From a plasmid, in sequence record NZ_CP064874.1: a stretch of DNA of 64,000 nt; one strand, given 5' to 3'. A program made the translations under genes and the position numbers. The notes under the pieces were generated by a model, which worked only from the letters and a program-made list of their open reading frames with translations, was not told where the DNA came from and did no database searches. Each line of letters opens with the position of its first letter. Position 1 is the first letter of the stretch. Positions 38,604 through 47,380 of this stretch are shown here, piece by piece.

Positions 38604-39370
38604 GCGGTGCGGCGGATGCCGGCGGCGATGATGTGTGCCTTGGTGGGCCGGGAGTAGAAGCCGAAGCTGTCGTCGTCGTCGGAAGCGGAGACGGTGGCGG
38701 TGAACGCGACGACGTCGCCGCGGGCGGCGGTGGAGATCTCGGAGGGCTTGGTGCCCCATACGCGCCAGCCTTCGCCCTGGACGAGGATCTTGACGGTGAT
38801 TCCCCACTGAGTGTCGGTGGTCTTGGTCGCGAGGATCTCGCCCTGGATGAGGGTGCGCCCGGTGGGGACGGGGCGGCGCGCGGCCAGCTCGAGCTCGTAC
38901 TGCTCGAGCAGCTCGTGGGCGGTGCGGACCTCGTCGTCGTCGAGGGTGCCGGTGTAGTCCTCGAGGGAGTCGAGGATGTAGCCGATCTTCTCGCGCAGCG
39001 GGTTGCCCTCCCGGATGCTCAGATGAGCTTCGGTGAGCTGGTCGCGGAGGCCGGGGTGCTCGGCCTCGAAGGCGGCGCGGCGGGCGGTGATCGCCCGTGT
39101 TGTGTCGATGTGCTCGGCGTGTGCCTTCGCGTGGGCTCGTGCGGTGGCGCGGGCGCTGCTGACGAGGCGGCTGCGGGTGCCGGTGCCGTGGCAGTCGAAG
39201 CAGATCGGGCGCCCGTGGCCATCGGTGAAGTGGGTGGGCCCGGTGTACAGGCCGGTGCCGATGCACTTGCCGCAGGTGTCGGTGATCCGCTCGGAGCCCT
39301 TGCGGCCGGGGAAGGGGTCGACGTAGAAGTCGTGCCAATCGGCCGGTGCGGTGGTGTCGATGCTGTCCAT
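38600..39370 (-). CDS. hypothetical protein with DnaJ-like CxxCxGxG zinc finger (256 aa; start MDSIDTT)
   Basis: CGKCIGTG...CFDCHGTG; RBS GGAGGA. Repeat-2 copy lies just upstream. Confidence 0.5.
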   Translation of the reverse strand: MDSIDTTAPADWHDFYVDPFPGRKGSERITDTCGKCIGTGLYTGPTHFTDGHGRPICFDCHGTGTRSRLVSSARATARAHAKAHAEHIDTTRAITARRAAFEAEHPGLRDQLTEAHLSIREGNPLREKIGYILDSLEDYTGTLDDDEVRTAHELLEQYELELAARRPVPTGRTLIQGEILATKTTDTQWGITVKILVQGEGWRVWGTKPSEISTAARGDVVAFTATVSASDDDDSFGFYSRPTKAHIIAAGIRRTA

Positions 39371-39390
39371 GGGATCCTCCGGTTCGTCTG

Positions 39391-39425
39391 TGGGTATAGG
39401 CCGCGGATCGTTCTCTTCGCGGACA
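39391..39425 (-). promoter_or_regulatory. repeat family 2 copy
   Basis: tgggtataggccgcggatcgttctcttcgcggacat. Confidence 0.5.
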
Positions 39426-39636
39426 TGAAGGGGAAGGGGCGGGGGCGGCTGTGTCACGGAGCCGCCCCCGCGGCGGCGACCTGGTTGGGAGGACGGCGGG
39501 TCGCCGGGAGGGACATGGCGGCGAGCGCGGCGAGCGCTCGTCAGGCTGCGGTGTGGCGCCTGTCCCTGGGAGGGGAACGGCGTTGCGCGGTTCCCCTGGT
39601 TGTGGGTCTGTGGGTTCTCCCTCTACTCAGTTAGTA

Positions 39637-39653
39637 GTGAATGTGACATTTAC
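39637..39653 (-). promoter_or_regulatory. palindrome variant GTGAATGTGACATTTAC, copy 3; leader without a start codon (empty/degenerate cassette)
   Basis: Leader and RBS (GAGGGAGAACCCACAG) are conserved, but the ATG position reads ACAG. No ORF follows before the hairpin at ~39440-39470. Confidence 0.6.
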
Positions 39654-39710
39654 TAGGGTAGGTGTTTCCTGCCCGGAGGTCAAGTGGCGATCTGGCCTGC
39701 ATCTGCTGGA

Positions 39711-39842
39711 TCAGCTCGCGGGTGCGCGGTCCTCGTCGGCGGGGCCGAGCCCTTCCCAAAGGTCGGGGCGGTTCTCGTGGATCCAGGCGCAGATGGTGGC
39801 CCAGTCCGCGACGCCGGACGGGTGCTGGTTGATGGTTGCCAT
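39711..39842 (-). CDS. cassette gene: 43-aa protein MATINQHPSGVADWATICAWIHENRPDLWEGLGPADEDRAPAS (below ORF-track cutoff)
   Basis: ATG at 39842 directly after GGGAGGACACC, 24 bp from palindrome 39867-39883. Confidence 0.45.
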   Translation of the reverse strand: MATINQHPSGVADWATICAWIHENRPDLWEGLGPADEDRAPAS

Positions 39843-39866
39843 GGTGTCCTCCCGGATCGTCGGCTA

Positions 39867-39883
39867 GTGAATGTGACATTCAC
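39867..39883 (-). promoter_or_regulatory. palindrome GTGAATGTGACATTCAC, copy 4
   Basis: Direct read. Confidence 0.7.
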
Positions 39884-39969
39884 AGCTTAGGGAGGGGGTC
39901 GGACATCGCTGGGGGACATCGCGAGTGCGTCACTGAGGGCGGCGGAGTTGCCGCCGCCCTCAGCTCGGT

Positions 39970-40215
39970 CTATTGCATCTGTCTGGCGATGCCGGCTGCG
40001 GCGCTGACGACTCGACGGGGGATGCCGAAGATTTCGGGAGGGCCGGACGCGACGCCGTTGCTCCACACCTTTCCGACGCGCCATCCGATGGGGAACCGGA
40101 GGGTGGTCGTGGTGTAGGTGGCCCCGGATTCGAGGGGGCCGGCGATCACACCGAGGGGGCTGACCTCGACGTACCACCGGCCAACGGTCTTGGAGCCGCC
40201 TTCGTGGCCGTTCAT
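39970..40215 (-). CDS. cassette gene 2 of a pair: hypothetical protein (81 aa; start MNGHEGG)
   Basis: ATGA-coupled to 40212..40499. Confidence 0.45.
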   Translation of the reverse strand: MNGHEGGSKTVGRWYVEVSPLGVIAGPLESGATYTTTTLRFPIGWRVGKVWSNGVASGPPEIFGIPRRVVSAAAGIARQMQ

Positions 40216-40499
40216 GCGCCGGCGTTCTCGAGCGGCTGCGCGACGTGTGCCGGCAGGGCGCGTAGCGCGGCGCGGGTCACCCACTCGTCGGCGGTCTCGT
40301 CGAACTGGCCGAGCTCGATGATCGGCCCCTGGTCGTCGTGGTGGATGAACAGCGACCCGTACTCGCGGCCGTCGACGTACAGGTAGATGTTCCCGGCGTA
40401 GGCGCCGATCTCGCCGTTGTCGAACAGCCCGTCGCGGGCGTCGGGTTCACCCAGGTCGATCTCTTCCTGGCGGTGCCCGAAGTTGAGGGTGAGCTTCAT
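40212..40499 (-). CDS. cassette gene: hypothetical acidic protein (95 aa; start MKLTLNF)
   Basis: ATG follows GGAGGACACC, 20 bp from palindrome 40520-40536. Confidence 0.55.
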   Translation of the reverse strand: MKLTLNFGHRQEEIDLGEPDARDGLFDNGEIGAYAGNIYLYVDGREYGSLFIHHDDQGPIIELGQFDETADEWVTRAALRALPAHVAQPLENAGA

Positions 40500-40519
40500 G
40501 GTGTCCTCCGTAGTAGGTG

Positions 40520-40536
40520 GTGAATGTGACATTCAT
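40520..40536 (-). promoter_or_regulatory. palindrome variant GTGAATGTGACATTCAT, copy 5
   Basis: Direct read. Confidence 0.65.
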
Positions 40537-40587
40537 AGGCTACGGTGGGGGTCCGACATTGCGCCGGCGAGCGAGCGATGCACTCTG

Positions 40588-40621
40588 TGTCCGCGAAGCA
40601 GCCGGGATGCGGCCTATACCC
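40588..40621 (+). promoter_or_regulatory. repeat family 2 copy in opposite orientation, upstream of the plus-strand gene at 40659
   Basis: tgtccgcgaagcagccgggatgcggcctataccc is the reverse complement of the other copies. Confidence 0.5.
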
Positions 40622-40658
40622 CTCAGACGGGCACAAGCCCGCGACGAGAGGAGGAGCG

Positions 40659-40919
40659 ATGCCGAGTCGCGAAGAGGTAGACGACGTCCTGCAGCGCGTG
40701 GGGCTGGCGGCGATCTCGTACTACCCAGAGATTCACATCGACGAGCCGGACTACACCGTCGACACCGACGTTGATTGGTGCCTCGAGCCGGTGACCGACC
40801 TGACCGATGAGCAACGCGCCCCGCTGCGAGAGGCGGTCGGCCTGGCGATCACCAACCCGACAGCTCACCGGTACGCCCTGTTCCAGACGTTGCTCGAGCT
40901 GGCGCCAGCGGAGTCGTAA
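40659..40919 (+). CDS. hypothetical acidic protein (86 aa)
   Basis: ATG after GAGGAGGAG; on the opposite strand to the array. Confidence 0.5.
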   Translation: MPSREEVDDVLQRVGLAAISYYPEIHIDEPDYTVDTDVDWCLEPVTDLTDEQRAPLREAVGLAITNPTAHRYALFQTLLELAPAES

Positions 40920-42100
40920 TGTCCGCCGGCGTCGACGACTCGTCGGCGCGACCGGTTGGCGGACCAACCGACCCTCACGCGGCATGGCTGCGAGCGGGTC
41001 AGGCACGCCAGCAGGCGAAGCGCGCCGAGCAGGAGCAGTCGGCTGCGGCGAGCGCTGCGGCCGATCCGAAGCGGGACTACGCGAAGCGGTATCGCGAGGA
41101 GCATCGCGAGGAGATCCGCGCGTACCGGGCGAAGTATCACGCGGAGAACCGTGACGAAGTGAACCGGAAGAACCGGGAGTACATGCGGGAGCGGTCGCGG
41201 AAGATGCGAGCGCAGAAGGAGCGGCGCGAGAAGGACCGCGAGCGGGTGCGGCGGTGGACCGAGGCTAACCGTGAGCGCAAGCGCGAGACGATCAGGCGGT
41301 GGCACGCGGAGCACCCAGAGAAGACGGCGGAGTACTCGCGGCGCTACTACGAGCGCAACCGTGACGCGGTGCTGGCCAGGGCGAGACAGCGTCGAGATCA
41401 GAGCCCGGAGAAGGTGAAGGCGTCGTCGCGGGACTGGCAGCAGCGCAACCGGGAACACCTGACCGAGTGGCAGCGGCAGTATCGGGCTGAGAACCCGGAT
41501 GTGTATGAGCGGGCGCTGCAGTCCAACCGTGAGTCGAAGCGGCTGGCTCGCCGCCTCAAGTCGTTGGGGTTGCCGGCAAAGCGCGTGCGTCGGTCCCCGG
41601 CAGCAGAGCGGCGAGCGCATGAGGCGGAGTCGCGGGAGTTCTTCGAGCGGGACCGGGCGGTGAGCGCGCGGAAGCGGGTCATGGCGGAGTACACACCGCT
41701 GGATCAGGCGGCGCTCGAGGCGTGGCGGGCGAGGTCGCCATTGGCGCGTCGACGGGATGCGCAGCTGTCGCGGTTCCGGCGGCAGCTGCGCACGGGCGCG
41801 GGCAGGATATCGGAGATCCGTGAAGAGGTTCGGATGGATGCCGTTGCACGGCGACTGCGGGGAGACAGCCTCGACGCGCCCGCGGAGCTGCGTCAGCGGG
41901 TCTTCGACGCCGCGGGAGGCCAGGAGTACCTCGCGGCGGGTGGCGATCGCCATACGGCGGCGCTGATGCTCGAGGAGTCCCTAGATGGGCTGGTCAAGCC
42001 TGTCGCGCTCCCGGATGGGCGGGGGATGGTGTGGGTGCCGGAGCACACGCGCGCAGGACGGGAGATCGCCGGTCACTGGCGCCGGCGCCCCGGCGCGTGA
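40919..42100 (+). CDS. Arg/Glu-rich protein with three internal Y-x-(A/E)-E-N-(R/P)-D repeats (393 aa)
   Basis: YHAENRDEV / YYERNRDAV / YRAENPDVY spaced ~50-60 aa apart; otherwise a low-complexity charged helix-like sequence. Confidence 0.5.
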   Translation: MSAGVDDSSARPVGGPTDPHAAWLRAGQARQQAKRAEQEQSAAASAAADPKRDYAKRYREEHREEIRAYRAKYHAENRDEVNRKNREYMRERSRKMRAQKERREKDRERVRRWTEANRERKRETIRRWHAEHPEKTAEYSRRYYERNRDAVLARARQRRDQSPEKVKASSRDWQQRNREHLTEWQRQYRAENPDVYERALQSNRESKRLARRLKSLGLPAKRVRRSPAAERRAHEAESREFFERDRAVSARKRVMAEYTPLDQAALEAWRARSPLARRRDAQLSRFRRQLRTGAGRISEIREEVRMDAVARRLRGDSLDAPAELRQRVFDAAGGQEYLAAGGDRHTAALMLEESLDGLVKPVALPDGRGMVWVPEHTRAGREIAGHWRRRPGA

Positions 42101-42155
42101 GCAGCTGCGCGGTGAGGACTGCGGGGCGTCCCTGTGTGGGGCGCCCCGCACTCGC

Positions 42156-42740
42156 TCAGCTGGCTGCGGCGAGCGCGTAGCTGCGTGCCCGCCAGCGGGG
42201 GATGCGCACGCGCACGCCGTGGTGGTCGATCACGCGGAGCACGTCGCGCCCTTCGACCTCGAAGACGGTCTCCGTGGTGGTCTGCAGCCCTCCTCCGAAG
42301 GTGAACGGCTCTGCGAAGCGGATGTGGTCGCCGCGGCGGACGCGGGGCTTGGCTTCCTCGAGCTCGAGGTTCGCCCAGCAGGCGGCGCGCCACTGGTTGG
42401 CGTACTCGTGGTCGGTCGGGGTGAGGGCCTCGAGCACCCGGCGGGGTGCGTGGACTGCGCCGGGGCCGACCGTCTCGTCCATGTCCTTGTACGTGAAGTT
42501 GTAGTAGCTGGACGGGGCGACGGAGTAGAGCACGACGAACGCGAAGACCTCCCCGGCGTGGGGGTGGCCGTCGTTGTAGCGCACCGCGGCGTAGAACTCG
42601 TAGGGCCAGTCGTAGCTCCCGCCGATGTAGTCGGGGTCGCGGCGGGTGCCGCTGGCGATGATCGTGGCGTTGGTGAAGTAGTCCGCGAAGTAGTCGCTGA
42701 CGCTGACGCCGGCCGTCTTGTGAGTGGATGTGGCACCCAT
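42156..42740 (-). CDS. cassette gene: hypothetical protein (194 aa; start MGATSTH)
   Basis: ATG after GAGGAGGACACC, 20 bp from palindrome 42761-42777. Confidence 0.55.
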   Translation of the reverse strand: MGATSTHKTAGVSVSDYFADYFTNATIIASGTRRDPDYIGGSYDWPYEFYAAVRYNDGHPHAGEVFAFVVLYSVAPSSYYNFTYKDMDETVGPGAVHAPRRVLEALTPTDHEYANQWRAACWANLELEEAKPRVRRGDHIRFAEPFTFGGGLQTTTETVFEVEGRDVLRVIDHHGVRVRIPRWRARSYALAAAS

Positions 42741-42760
42741 GGTGTCCTCCTCGGTTGCTA

Positions 42761-42777
42761 GTGAATGTGACATTCAC
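42761..42777 (-). promoter_or_regulatory. palindrome GTGAATGTGACATTCAC, copy 6
   Basis: Direct read. Confidence 0.7.
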
Positions 42778-42879
42778 AGGCTAAGGGAGGCCTCCGACAT
42801 CGCCGACGTGACAGCAACAACGACGGCGGCGGGATGGCGAGCGCGAGCGCGGGGCCGAGCTCGGGGGAGAGCGAAGGGG

Positions 42880-43524
42880 CTACCAGGCCTCGGGGTCAAG
42901 AAGTTCGTCAGCGACATCGACGAAGTAGTCGTCGTCTTCACTCCATGCGTAGAGGCCCTCGAAGACCACGCCGATTGCAAACGTCATCACGACGAGTCCG
43001 CCCCAACGGCCGATGAACTCCGAGTAGGAGTCGAAAGCTCTGTGCTCTCTGGCTCGCTCGAAGATCTCGTACATGATCTTGCTTGACTCCTCGTCCCAGC
43101 GTTCGGTGAAGGATGGGCGCGCGATTGCCCCGGTGAGAACCTCGTCCTCGAACCAGGAATCCAGGAGGCTGAGCGTCGTCCCGATGATCTGCGCGGGGGT
43201 TGGTTCTTCGTCGGGGGTCATCCCGGTGAGGAAGTCGGAGAAGTCTTCGTAGTCGGCCTCCCACAAGTACTCTGCAGCGAGCCGTATCGCGCGGAACGCC
43301 TCTTTTCGAGCCTCACCTGTAGGCACCGCCATGATGAAGTTGTGACGTTGGATCGCCACCTGTAGGCCATCGTTGATCTCGTCGATTGTGTAGGCCTTGC
43401 CGCTGTCGAGGTCGATGTCACTTTCGAGAAGCAGCGGCTTGAGCTGCTTGAAGAGTTCAGCTGCCAGCCCTGTCTCTACACGCCGCCCGAAACTGTCGCG
43501 GCCGCTGCTGTCTACGTTGGGCAT
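42880..43524 (-). CDS. hypothetical protein (214 aa) in a lower-GC islet
   Basis: RBS GAGGAGA. The region 42.9-43.6 kb is noticeably AT-richer than its flanks. Confidence 0.5.
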   Translation of the reverse strand: MPNVDSSGRDSFGRRVETGLAAELFKQLKPLLLESDIDLDSGKAYTIDEINDGLQVAIQRHNFIMAVPTGEARKEAFRAIRLAAEYLWEADYEDFSDFLTGMTPDEEPTPAQIIGTTLSLLDSWFEDEVLTGAIARPSFTERWDEESSKIMYEIFERAREHRAFDSYSEFIGRWGGLVVMTFAIGVVFEGLYAWSEDDDYFVDVADELLDPEAW

Positions 43525-43625
43525 GAACGAGTCTCCTCATCAGGCGTCTGTAGCTCAGACCATAGCCGAGGGGTCTGTTGCCCGGAGCCGGGACATCGCC
43601 TGTGGTGCCGTGAGACGATGCGTCG

Positions 43626-44132
43626 ATGAAGACGACCCATCGCGACGGCGAGGCGGGTGGGCTGCGGATGCCGGCCGTGTGGGATCGGGCCTCGCTCGAG
43701 GCGGTCGGGTTCGTGGGGTTCGTTCGATTCGCGGATCTTGCGGCCGCGAGGGTGCCGACTGAGGCGGGGATCTACGTGGTGCTGCGTCCGGCGGCGACGT
43801 CGCCGGAGCTGCTCGAGCTGACGCGAGCGCGGGCGGGATCCGCCTACCCTTTGGATGACCTCGCGGCTCGGTGGGTGTCGGGGACGCCGGTGCTGTACAT
43901 CGGCAAGGCAGAGGCGAAAGTGGGCGGGCTGCGCAAGCGGCTGGGGCAGTTCGCGCGGAAGGGTGCCAGCCACCAGGGCGGGCGTTCGATCTGGCAGCTG
44001 GCCGATCAAGACGAGCTGCTCGTTGCGTGGGTGACGACGCCGGAGGAGTCCGCGGAGGACGTGGAGGTTCGCTACCGCGCCGCGTTCGCTGACGTGTTCG
44101 GTCGCTGGCCGTTCGCGAACCGGAAGCGATGA
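43626..44132 (+). CDS. GIY-YIG nuclease-family protein
   Basis: GIYVVLRP...PVLYIGKAEAKVGGLRKRLGQF is the GIY...YIG catalytic motif pair. Confidence 0.65.
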   Translation: MKTTHRDGEAGGLRMPAVWDRASLEAVGFVGFVRFADLAAARVPTEAGIYVVLRPAATSPELLELTRARAGSAYPLDDLAARWVSGTPVLYIGKAEAKVGGLRKRLGQFARKGASHQGGRSIWQLADQDELLVAWVTTPEESAEDVEVRYRAAFADVFGRWPFANRKR

Positions 44133-44205
44133 GGGCAGGCGGTTGATGAGAGGGGTTTCGCCGGGGATCTAGGTTGCTACCGCGGGCCTGTGTACGCTCT
44201 CGGCC

Positions 44206-44790
44206 ATGAGGGCAGACAGGTTTGAGGACGTGGAACTTGGCGCGTTTGAGCGCTTCTATGACGAGCGACCCTTCGAGGGGCGCAGCTATCCCGGCCCATA
44301 CTTCGAGACCGAGATCGCGTCGGGCATGAAGCGCGGGTTAGCGGTGTCCGTGGAGGGGCCTACGGTCGATGACGCGCGGGCGCTCATGGATCAGGTGAGG
44401 GCCATTATCGCCCGCCCGCTGCCCACCCACGAGATGTACTCTGCGCTGCTCGAGACATTCCCCAAGGCGTTCCCCTGGAATACCCCAAGACAGATGAGCT
44501 ATGCCGTCACGCCGAGTGCCATTTGCGTCGGAAGGGAGGGAGACTACTCAGTCCACTTCGACGTCGACTCGGAAGACGACACTCAAGTCGACTATTGGCC
44601 TGTCGTGTGGCTTGACCGTGACGGCAACATTCTGAGCGCTCACGCCGATGGCGGACGTGGCGAATATCCCGGAGGTCGGGACTACACCCTCCCGGAGGCG
44701 ACCGAGGCGTTGGTGCGATCCTGGCCGTCGAAGAACATTTGGGCAGAGGACATCGCGACCCGTCTGGACAAACTGGACGGGCTGGGCTGA
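44206..44790 (+). CDS. hypothetical protein (194 aa)
   Basis: Intact ORF downstream of the GIY-YIG gene, ending at a bidirectional hairpin (gccccgcgttcgtcgacggggc). Confidence 0.45.
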   Translation: MRADRFEDVELGAFERFYDERPFEGRSYPGPYFETEIASGMKRGLAVSVEGPTVDDARALMDQVRAIIARPLPTHEMYSALLETFPKAFPWNTPRQMSYAVTPSAICVGREGDYSVHFDVDSEDDTQVDYWPVVWLDRDGNILSAHADGGRGEYPGGRDYTLPEATEALVRSWPSKNIWAEDIATRLDKLDGLG

Positions 44791-44826
44791 GCCCCGCGTT
44801 CGTCGACGGGGCCCAGCGCGGCGGTG

Positions 44827-45192
44827 TCAGCCTCGTGCGGCTGCCAGCTCAGCGTCGATCCGGCGCCGCTCGCCGCCGGGGTGAGTGCTGCCCAGCAGCA
44901 CGACGCGGCGATCCCATGCGACCTCACCCGTGAGCGAGTCGACCCAGTCGGTGACGTCGGCGCGCTGCGCCTCGGTCAGCTGGTCGACGGCCAGGCCGGG
45001 CAGGATCGTATCGGGCAGGGTGAGGGTCTTGCGCAGGTACTCGAAGTCAACCTCGTTGCGCCAGGCGCGCTCCGACTCGATGAACCGGTCGATCTGCGCG
45101 TTGTCGGGGTGCCACTGGCATCCGCCGATGCAGGCCTCCTCGGGGTCGACGGACTGAAACCAGACGGCGTGTACGGTGCGGTTGGTGGTCAT
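44827..45192 (-). CDS. cassette gene: hypothetical protein (121 aa; start MTTNRTV)
   Basis: ATG after GGGAGGATGCC, 20 bp from palindrome 45213-45229. Confidence 0.55.
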   Translation of the reverse strand: MTTNRTVHAVWFQSVDPEEACIGGCQWHPDNAQIDRFIESERAWRNEVDFEYLRKTLTLPDTILPGLAVDQLTEAQRADVTDWVDSLTGEVAWDRRVVLLGSTHPGGERRRIDAELAAARG

Positions 45193-45212
45193 GGCATCCT
45201 CCCGGATTGCTA

Positions 45213-45229
45213 GTGAATGTGACATTCAT
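45213..45229 (-). promoter_or_regulatory. palindrome variant GTGAATGTGACATTCAT, copy 7
   Basis: Direct read. Confidence 0.65.
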
Positions 45230-45312
45230 AGGCTACGGGGGGCCTCCGACATTGGCAGCGGCGAGCGCCGCGAGGGGCGGGGCGGGCGGTGTGCCCGCCC
45301 CGCCGGGTTGGG

Positions 45313-45828
45313 TTACTCGCGCTCCCAGTCGGTGACTTCCGCGTCGATCGAGTCGGCGACGTAGTTGTCGGATCGGAGCGACTCGATCACGTCTTCGACG
45401 GTGTACGCCTCGATCGCGAGGTCTTCCGCTTCGTCCGACGTGCGGGCGGTGACCGAGACGGTAACGCGCTGGGTCAGTGTGACGGAGAGGGTCACCCGGA
45501 AGTCGCGCTCGCGCGGGGTGCCGCCGATCGCTTCCACGAGCCGGTCGTACTCGGAGCAGAAGCCCTCATCGTTGGCGATCTGCTCACCCTTCTCCCAGAT
45601 CGCCGCGAGCCGGTCGTCGGCGGCGTCGGTGATCGGCAGTCGCAGCCTGTCGATCTCGCGCTGCTGCCGTTCGACGGTCAGCGCGAGATCCGCGGCCTGC
45701 GCCTGGGCGGCGACGAGATCGGCCTGCGTGCGGGCCATCTCCCCGACGTAGGCGCCGCGCCGCTCGGTGACCGGGGCGGGCATGTCGAGCTGGCCCTGAG
45801 CGAACTCGATGTTGGTGGTGGTTGCCAT
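45313..45828 (-). CDS. cassette gene: hypothetical protein (171 aa), coiled-coil-like N-terminal half
   Basis: ATG after AAGGAGGACACC, 24 bp from palindrome 45853-45869. Confidence 0.55.
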   Translation of the reverse strand: MATTTNIEFAQGQLDMPAPVTERRGAYVGEMARTQADLVAAQAQAADLALTVERQQREIDRLRLPITDAADDRLAAIWEKGEQIANDEGFCSEYDRLVEAIGGTPRERDFRVTLSVTLTQRVTVSVTARTSDEAEDLAIEAYTVEDVIESLRSDNYVADSIDAEVTDWERE

Positions 45829-45852
45829 GGTGTCCTCCTTGGAACGTAGGCG

Positions 45853-45869
45853 GTGAATGTGACATTCAC
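45853..45869 (-). promoter_or_regulatory. palindrome GTGAATGTGACATTCAC, copy 8
   Basis: Direct read. Confidence 0.7.
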
Positions 45870-45910
45870 AGGCTACGGGGGGCCTCCGACATTGCTGCGG
45901 CGAGCGCGGC

Positions 45911-45942
45911 AGTGCCCCGCCGGTAGATCCCGGCGGGGCACT
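45911..45942 (-). terminator. conserved GC hairpin terminator (GCCCCGCCGG-tagatc-CCGGCGGGGC)
   Basis: 10-bp perfect stem immediately after the 45952 gene stop. Near-identical copies occur at ~46885, 47988, 48734, 50533, 50855 and 51630. Confidence 0.6.
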
Positions 45943-45951
45943 GGGGGAGGT

Positions 45952-46371
45952 TCAGCTGGCGGGTGGTGTGAGTGCCGCGAGGAGTGCTCTGAGGGCGTCC
46001 ACAGCCCCGTCACGGGCCTCGAAGACGGCATCCATGGTATCGGCCTCTGTGGAGCGCTCGGCCTCCTCGATCGCCGCCTGTGCGGCGCCGGTCAGCTCGC
46101 GCAGGCGGGCGGTGTCTGCGGCGAGCGCGAGGGGTGCTCCGTGCTCGGTGATGTGCAGCGTCCATCCGTCGCCGGTCGGGGTCGCCCACACGGTGGCGAT
46201 CGCCTGTCCTTCGGCGTTGTCGAAGTCGACCTTGCCGAAGTCGTCGCCGTGGTGGGCGAGGATGCGTGCTCGGTCGTCGACGGGCATCGAGTACAGGTGG
46301 GAGTTGCTCGGCGTCCAGGTCGCCGGTTCGGCGCGCTGGCCGGTGTCGTAGGGAGTGAGTGCGGTGGTCAT
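45952..46371 (-). CDS. hypothetical protein (139 aa; start MTTALTP); second gene of cassette 9
   Basis: Internal ATG of ORF 45952..46839 with AAAGGA RBS. Separated from the 46428 gene by hairpin gggggcgggcgcggtgcccgccccc. Confidence 0.5.
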   Translation of the reverse strand: MTTALTPYDTGQRAEPATWTPSNSHLYSMPVDDRARILAHHGDDFGKVDFDNAEGQAIATVWATPTGDGWTLHITEHGAPLALAADTARLRELTGAAQAAIEEAERSTEADTMDAVFEARDGAVDALRALLAALTPPAS

Positions 46372-46427
46372 GGCTGGTCCTTTCGTCAGAGGGTCGGGGG
46401 CGGGCGCGGTGCCCGCCCCCGGTGGTG

Positions 46428-46802
46428 TCAGCGGGTGAGCAGCCCGGCGATGATCCTGTCGACGGACTCGGCCGAGACCGTCACGGCGCAGGGGATGCAG
46501 ACCTCTGTGCGGGTGTGGCGGATGTCCTCGTGGTCCAAGATCGTGACGACGTAGTTGCGGGCGTCCTGGACGCCGCACTCGGCGCAGGAGTATCCGACCG
46601 GCGGGGCGTCGGTCTCGGTGTCGTCGTCGATGCCCTGGCGGGCCAGTTCGACGGCCTGGCCGACCCAGTAGGCGACGGCCTGGTCGTCGACGACGAACGC
46701 GCCGTCGTCGATTGCCTCGATGAGCGAGCCGCCGTGGTTGCTGGTCATCCGCTCGAGGATCGTCCGCGAGATCTCGTCGACGGTGAGTGGTGTGGGTGCC
46801 AT
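46428..46802 (-). CDS. cassette gene: hypothetical protein with CxxC...CxxC (124 aa; start MAPTPLT)
   Basis: ATG after AAGGAGGACACC, 24 bp from palindrome 46827-46843. Confidence 0.55.
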   Translation of the reverse strand: MAPTPLTVDEISRTILERMTSNHGGSLIEAIDDGAFVVDDQAVAYWVGQAVELARQGIDDDTETDAPPVGYSCAECGVQDARNYVVTILDHEDIRHTRTEVCIPCAVTVSAESVDRIIAGLLTR

Positions 46803-46826
46803 GGTGTCCTCCTTGGAACGTAGGCG

Positions 46827-46843
46827 GTGAATGTGACATTCAC
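46827..46843 (-). promoter_or_regulatory. palindrome GTGAATGTGACATTCAC, copy 9
   Basis: Direct read. Confidence 0.7.
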
Positions 46844-46924
46844 AGGCTACGGGAGGCCTCCGACATTGCTGCGGCGAGCGCGGCAGCGCCCCGCCGGTAG
46901 ATCCCGGCGGGGCGCTGGTGGGGG

Positions 46925-47356
46925 TCAGTCTTCGCCGGGGAGGGCGATGATGATGCACGCCTGGCCGGTGAGGTTGTACCCCTCGATGCTCACGCGGAGT
47001 CGCTGGCGGCTGGCGGTGGTGGCGGTGCTCGGGTTGCCGGAGCGGGTGGCGTTCGGCACGCGCAGCACGTAGGTCTCGCGCGGGACGAGATCGCCGGCGA
47101 CCTGGCGGGCGGTGGGGCGGATGACGTTGAGCACGTCCCAGAATCGGGCGTCCTCGCTCTGCCAGTCGCCCTCGCGGGTCCACTGCACCGCGGCCTCGTA
47201 GGCGGCGCGGGTGAGCAGTACCGTGAGCCGGTATCCGGCCTCGAGGGCGGTGGCGGGGTTGAAGTGCAGCAGCAGCCCGTCTGCGACGGCCTCCTCTGCG
47301 GTGTAGACGGCGATGATTTCTGCGCCCTTGAACGGGTTTTCGCTCTGCTCGGTCAT
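46925..47356 (-). CDS. cassette gene: hypothetical protein (143 aa)
   Basis: ATG after GGGAGGACACC; the upstream palindrome is degenerate. Confidence 0.55.
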   Translation of the reverse strand: MTEQSENPFKGAEIIAVYTAEEAVADGLLLHFNPATALEAGYRLTVLLTRAAYEAAVQWTREGDWQSEDARFWDVLNVIRPTARQVAGDLVPRETYVLRVPNATRSGNPSTATTASRQRLRVSIEGYNLTGQACIIIALPGED

Positions 47357-47380
47357 GGTGTCCTCCCGGATCGCTTGCTA

